A stretch of 64,000 bases of DNA from Octopus vulgaris. Lineage: Eukaryota. Position 1 is the first letter of the stretch. Each line of letters begins with the position of its first letter. The notes beneath the pieces were generated by a model that searched no databases, had not been told where the DNA came from, and was given only the letters and a program-made list of their open reading frames with translations. The position numbers and the translations under genes are program-made. The stretch is from the NCBI GenBank assembly GCA_951406725.2, contig OX597826.1:20522001-20586000 (forward strand), given 5' to 3'. Positions 57,757 through 64,000 of this stretch are shown in pieces.

Positions 57757-58185
57757 CTATATCGATAGGTGAATGAATTATCCTATGTTTACCGTCAACA
57801 TGGAAAATTCGATGAACCGATACCAGGGTAGCAAATTCACGTCAGAAACATGGTTGAAGCGACCTATCCAAAGGTAGAAACTCCGGGTTCATGTGCAGAA
57901 ATTTGTGTGTTATATATGAATAAATAAATAAATGGAGTTGAAAGAAGATGTTAACAAAATTCCTTTACTCTCGACATATGTTTCGAAGACAACATGGTTA
58001 TATTGTAAAGGAATAAACAGTGTAAGATGCAATCTTCTTATCAGGAAAGAAAGGGCTCATCAGGAAAGAAAGTGTATACTTTGGTTTGTGCTGAGTTTTT
58101 ATTTGAGAACACATTCTTCGTGGAAAATAGCGATTTTGATGTCTATATTTTGACGGCATATTGACTTTTAGTGGTCAGTCCTTTA

Positions 58186-58260
<75 letters not shown>

Positions 58261-59190
58261 CATATATATTTATATATGCATATATATACATGCATGCATA
58301 CACACACGTACACACGCACACACAAAGACAGACAGGCAGACATACAGACACAGACACACACACACACACACACACACAAGCATTCACACACAGACACAAA
58401 GTATTGTGAATACCATTTCTTATGATTCGAAAGATGAAACTGTAGTTAAATTTTACTCTTGAATTTATTCACTCTTATTTATTCATGTATGTACGTAAGT
58501 GTGTGTGTGTGTGTGTGTGTATGAATGCATGTATGTGTGTAAATTATATATTACGTGTAGGTGTATATATGTATGTATATAGATATGAAGTGGTGACTAT
58601 ATAGTAAACAAATTTTTGAAAATAATGAAATGCCGTTCTGTAAGTAAATAATTTAACATGAATAAACATGAAAGCGTGATAATATATGGAAATATGAGTT
58701 TGAGCCGGAATAAAACAGCATTACAAGATGGAATTTATAATTAAGTCTATTATAGCAATAATAAAGTATATTTGAATAAATTGAAACAAATCTACAGACT
58801 GTAATGTTGTCAAACTTTAGACAAATTGCTGTTCTGTATTTAAAAGTGAACTGTAATTGCTCCTCATTATTTGTCGCTCAAATACACAGAATTCCTGCTA
58901 TCAATTAGATCTGCTTTTGATTTTTCATTATTCAACCGAATATTTCAAATTTGTACTTGTTCTTTCATTAATATTATAATTAAAAAACAAACAAACAAAA
59001 TGAAAAAAAATCTGCAATGTTAATGGTGAATAACTTTATTTATTAGATTCATGTCAATGTTATTTTACTCGATATATTTATCAAGACAAGTTATTTTTAC
59101 TGAGATTTGAATTTCCAGTTAGTTTATAGATGTTAGCGTATTGATTAACATATTTACAATATCTGTTTGGTTTCTGTTGATTTTTCAACA

Positions 59191-59395
59191 GATAACGTGC
59201 TGCCATATTATTATGAGAAGTACAAGCAGAACCTAAACACGAGCCGAGAGAGAAGATCGGATATGACGTCATTGATGCCAGATGTTTACAGGCTTGGACA
59301 TTCTGAGGGAGGAACTTTGTTGTTTGGCAGCGGAAGTACTTCTAATGCTTCACGCACAGATAGCCTCTCTACTCAATGCTCTAAATCTGAATATC
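59191..59395 (+). CDS. Candidate coding exon of an unidentified gene
   Basis: Acceptor gatttttcaacag|. Open frame DNVLPYYYEKYKQNLNTSRERRSDMTSLMPDVYRLGHSEGGTLLFGSGSTSNASRTDSLSTQCSKSEY; GC higher than flanks. Weak donor gtattc, then a strong acceptor at 59460. Confidence 0.35.
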
Positions 59396-60735
59396 GTATT
59401 CATCTTCAAATATTGGACAACATACTTCTCTTTGAAATTTTATTTCTTTTTTCTTTTCAGAATAATATTTAAATTGAAAACACGACAGCCATAAATGCAG
59501 TTATGAATTTCTATCAAATGATTCTGGAAGCTATGTAAATGAAAGTTAATCTGAAATTTCGCATAAATAGGCAACACAAACACTATATAAAGAAGTACAG
59601 TTATAGTTTGAATCCTAATGTGTTATTAGGCTAAAAACAAGTAAACATTAACTTGATGTATTGCCCTTAAACTCACTGTTCCGTTTTGCAACGATTTATC
59701 TGCACAGAGATTCTCTTATCTCACAGATATTAATGAAACAAACAATTTTATCTGTAGTATAAAAACCAGCAATTTTTAATTTAGTTGCACACTGCTTCTA
59801 TACGACATATAGACCTGCTAGCATACATCCACTTACTGGAGCACACAAGAATGACTTTCTCTGAAGATTTGCCATCAGTTATACGATATGATAGTTTTAT
59901 CAGAAACTATCAAAGACATTAAAATAAAAAATATATAAATACACACACGCAAAAAAGCAAACTAATAATTATAAAGGGGGAAAAGAAAGTGAATGAGAGT
60001 GAGAGAGAGAGAGAGAGAGAAAGAGAAAGAGAGAGATGAGAGATGAGAGAGGCTGATGATACGTAAGTTGCGAATCACAAGCAAAACATGGTTATTGATA
60101 GTTTTTCTAGCAAATAAATGGTTTGGTTTCATGAAAAGTCCACACTTCATTTTATTTTTGTTTATTTTATAATATTTCATTGTTTTTTCTTTCTTTCTCC
60201 TTCTCCCCTTTTATATTCATGAAAGGTACGAAACAAATAAAATTAAAATCCATCTTTTACAAAAAACAAAAGGCTTTAAAACATCATAATGCATTCCAAG
60301 TAATTTTTATGTGATTATTCTGTGAGACAAAAACGTCTAATTGCTTTTTAAATAGGGGAACATTTATAAATAAAATAAAAAACAAATTTAATATAGAATA
60401 TGTTTTGCATTTGCATATACAAAGAAGGAATTTTTAAATACGGCACGCTTGGATCATTGTCTGTTTATTTGGCAATAAAGAGGAAAAAGCTCGGCTCCAA
60501 TCTCTGTGAATACAACGTAGTGGTATTTAAGATTTGAATCTATGTAAATGCAAATAAATGGACGTTTATGTAAAATGTGGCTCAACTTCACAATACACAT
60601 ACAATCAAACGTGCACACATTACAACTCACACACAAGTTTATACACACACACACACACACATATATATACATATAAATATATACATGCATACAAATATAT
60701 TTATATACATATATATATACATACATATATATACT

Positions 60736-60772
<37 letters not shown>

Positions 60773-60809
60773 ATACATACATATATATATATATATACAT
60801 ATATATACT

Positions 60810-60885
<76 letters not shown>

Positions 60886-61251
60886 CACACGCACCATCAA
60901 ACGTTAACATGTTCTAACATACACATCATCATGTATGTTTATGAGTTATATATATCTATAAACACACACACACACACACACACGCACGCACACACACACA
61001 CGCACGCACACACACACACGCACACACACACACGCACACAAAACCGAACGTTTTCTTTTTATGTTATATACGTCACTATACATGTTATCTGTGACGTGCT
61101 TATGCACCACTGTATATACATATATTACATTGTTATACATCACTATATACGTTATATGGGTATATTATTATGCACAGCTATAAACAGTATATATTTATAG
61201 TTATGCATTACTATATACACAAATGAATGTTATCTGATATCGATATACATG

Positions 61252-61334
<83 letters not shown>

Positions 61335-61483
61335 CATCTACTTATGAAAAAGAGTTAATTTCGCACCTCTATGGATCTGTGTTCAATTCCTCGGTGTAGA
61401 ATCTTGGCATATATCCTCAGCTGTATATTCTGAGTAGGATTTGGCTGATGGCTACTGTGCAGTAACCCGTCGTGTGAGTGTGT

Positions 61484-61514
<31 letters not shown>

Positions 61515-62572
61515 CATACATACATACATACATACATACATACATACATACATACATACATACAAACATATGTGTGTGCGTGCGCGTGTGCATGTATGTG
61601 TATGTATATACGTGTGTGAGTATGTGCTGATGTCCTGGTGTTTGTGTTTAGGTTTACACCGGTTTAGTTTATCCTTTTATGACCCTGTAGCAATTCGACA
61701 AATATTAACCGATAAAAATCAGCATCAGATTGTTATAAATGCTGGGTTCGGTAAGATCGATTATAATTCTGCGCGTTTTATACACCTCCATGCACGTTAT
61801 ACATCACAATACGTTGTAAATATTATTATTCATGTGGTATAAAGTTATACAACACTCCACATGTTATATACACTACCAAACAATCAATGCCTTCATTGCC
61901 ACTACGCTATCCTCATTACTATCATCATCATCATCATCGTCATCACTATTATTATTGACAACTCTGCATCGTAACAACGACTAGTTTCCACCGTCAATTT
62001 CACCACCACCACCATCACCACCAACACCAACACCACCACCACCAACACCATCAGCACATACAATACCAACATCACCAGCATAAACACCACCACATCCTCC
62101 ACAAACACTAGCGATAGCCACACAACTCCTCAGACCCCCACTACATCATCACTACTACACCCGCATCCACCGCAAACGCTACTGCAAACGCGAACACCAC
62201 CGCCATTGTTATTAACGAAGGGCCTTTGTCCGTCTAGAAACTGCTAGAAATAGAGGCGATTTCCCCTCAAATTGCACTCTAGTGGATTAAAAAAAGAATC
62301 ACATATTGAATAACATTGTCCTGTCTACACACAGCCTGAATGACACATCAACTAACATAAGCCTAGATACCTAATGTCTGAAGAACATAATATATTCCAA
62401 CGAAAAGACGGTATGGCCACGATTGGAATGTCCTTAACCCTAAGCCTGCTCATTCAGGTCAAATCAGTTACCCAAACACTAAAGTCATATAAAAACAGCT
62501 ACTCAACGAAGATGATCAGCAAATTATAAGAGATACATACATATATACATTTGCACACACATATTTCTACAT

Positions 62573-62617
<45 letters not shown>

Positions 62618-62776
62618 GCACAAACACACACATTTATACATATACATTTCATATAGTGCTACTTCCTTCGCGACCATTTTCGAAGTAATCATTCTAGAGC
62701 GAAACATGTGCCTCTGAACACCGTAGGTCTATCAGGCATTACATTAGTTATATAACCTGTTTTGTTCGTATGATCG

Positions 62777-62823
<47 letters not shown>

Positions 62824-63259
62824 CATATATGCACGTGTCTATGTGTGTTTATACGTATATTTATGTGTGTGTGTGTGTGTGTGTGTAGCCTGGAATGTTG
62901 TCCTACACTCTACCAAATTTGCCATCGCCTTTTCATAATCTGAATAAAGATAGAATAGCATGATAGAAATAACGGACATTAATCTCTCACATTGGCGTCA
63001 AAAAAGAAAGAAAGCAAGAAAAAATAACGTAGTAATGTATGTGTTTCTGTGTGCATATCTATCTGTCTGTTTCTATCTACTTTCTCTCACTCGCTTGCTC
63101 TTTTTCTCTCCCCCTCTCTCTTTGTATGTACGCACACATATACATACACACACACACACAACCACATACGTATCATTGCTAATGTAAGCACATCAACACA
63201 CACACATTCTTTGTTTTGTCCTGTACTGTTCATAATTTTTTTCTTAATGTAAATCCTTA

Positions 63260-63310
<51 letters not shown>

Positions 63311-63312
63311 TA

Positions 63313-63745
63313 AGATGGCGAGCTGGCAGAACCGTTAGCGCGCCGGACGAAATGCTTAGGGGTATTTCGCCCGTCACTATGTTCTGAGTTCAAATTCCCC
63401 AGGTTGATTTTGCCTTTCATCCTTTAGGGGTCGATAAATTAAGTACTAGTGAAACACTGGGGTCGATATAATCGACTGGGTCCCGCCCCCAAAGTTTCAG
63501 GCCTCGTGCCTTTTGTAGAAAGGATTATTATTATGGTTGCGAGCAAGCAGAATCTTTAGAAGTGTTCCGACCATCTTTACTTTCTGAGTTCGAATCCCGC
63601 TGAGGTTGACTTCTTTGCTTTTCATCCTTTCGTCCTTTCGGGGTCGATTAAATAAGTACCAGTTGAACACTGGGGATCTGTGTAATCGACTCCACCTTTC
63701 CTCGAAATTTCAGGTCTTGTGACTGTAGCAGAAAGAATTATTATC
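63313..63745 (+). mobile_element. Two tandem family-A SINE copies after (TTA)n
   Basis: 'ggcgagctggcagaaccgttagc...gagttcaaattcc...gcctttcatcctttaggggtcgataaattaagtac' followed by a second, more diverged copy from ~63535. Confidence 0.8.
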
Positions 63746-64000
63746 AAAAGAAAGACTGAGTTAATTCCGATTTCCTCTTTACCGTTTTCAAAAATGGTTT
63801 CACTTGGCGCACCTTCAGTAGACTCCGTTACAAATATTTGGATTAAGTTTCGGATCCGACAATAGCAACTTCCCTCCACATCCCTTGTCTCAGAGGTCCC
63901 TGAAAGAGTTACGGAGCTGCTGCGCTTCTCCGACTAAATGGTAAAAAGTGTCATGGCGGTAATGCTATCTTCTTCTGAAGAGTGTAGGATTAAGTGGTGG

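Noticed and set aside
62695-62780. Hammerhead 3' half (GAAACATGT) before (TA)n
   Set aside because: No upstream CUGANGA core or stem II, and the cleavage triplet would end in G.

Overview
AT-rich eukaryotic (animal) genomic DNA dominated by (TA)n, (CA)n, (TACA)n and (AAT)n microsatellites and by decayed transposable elements. The SINE types, repeat density and mollusc-like 5.8S variants suggest a cephalopod such as Octopus; this is inference and was not verified. There is no intact protein-coding gene, and most listed ORFs are translations of microsatellites. Recognisable content: several tRNA-type SINE families; fragments of R4/Dong, RTE, L1/Tx1 and CR1/L2 LINEs; a decayed Penelope-like element (RT plus C-terminal GIY-YIG); Penelope-type pseudo-LTR pieces carrying hammerhead ribozyme motifs; one complete non-autonomous Helitron; three microsatellite-anchored local duplications; and splice signals suggesting a minus-strand multi-exon transcript and a divergent plus-strand gene. 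The most unusual observation is a ~660 bp non-autonomous RTE-type element (8321-8980, minus strand) whose head is a ~97 nt piece of 5.8S rRNA, followed by a degenerate HDV-ribozyme-like fold. Next is a canonical type I hammerhead (11943-12006) overlapping a 146 bp near-perfect inverted repeat. All calls were made by eye, without database searches or folding software.
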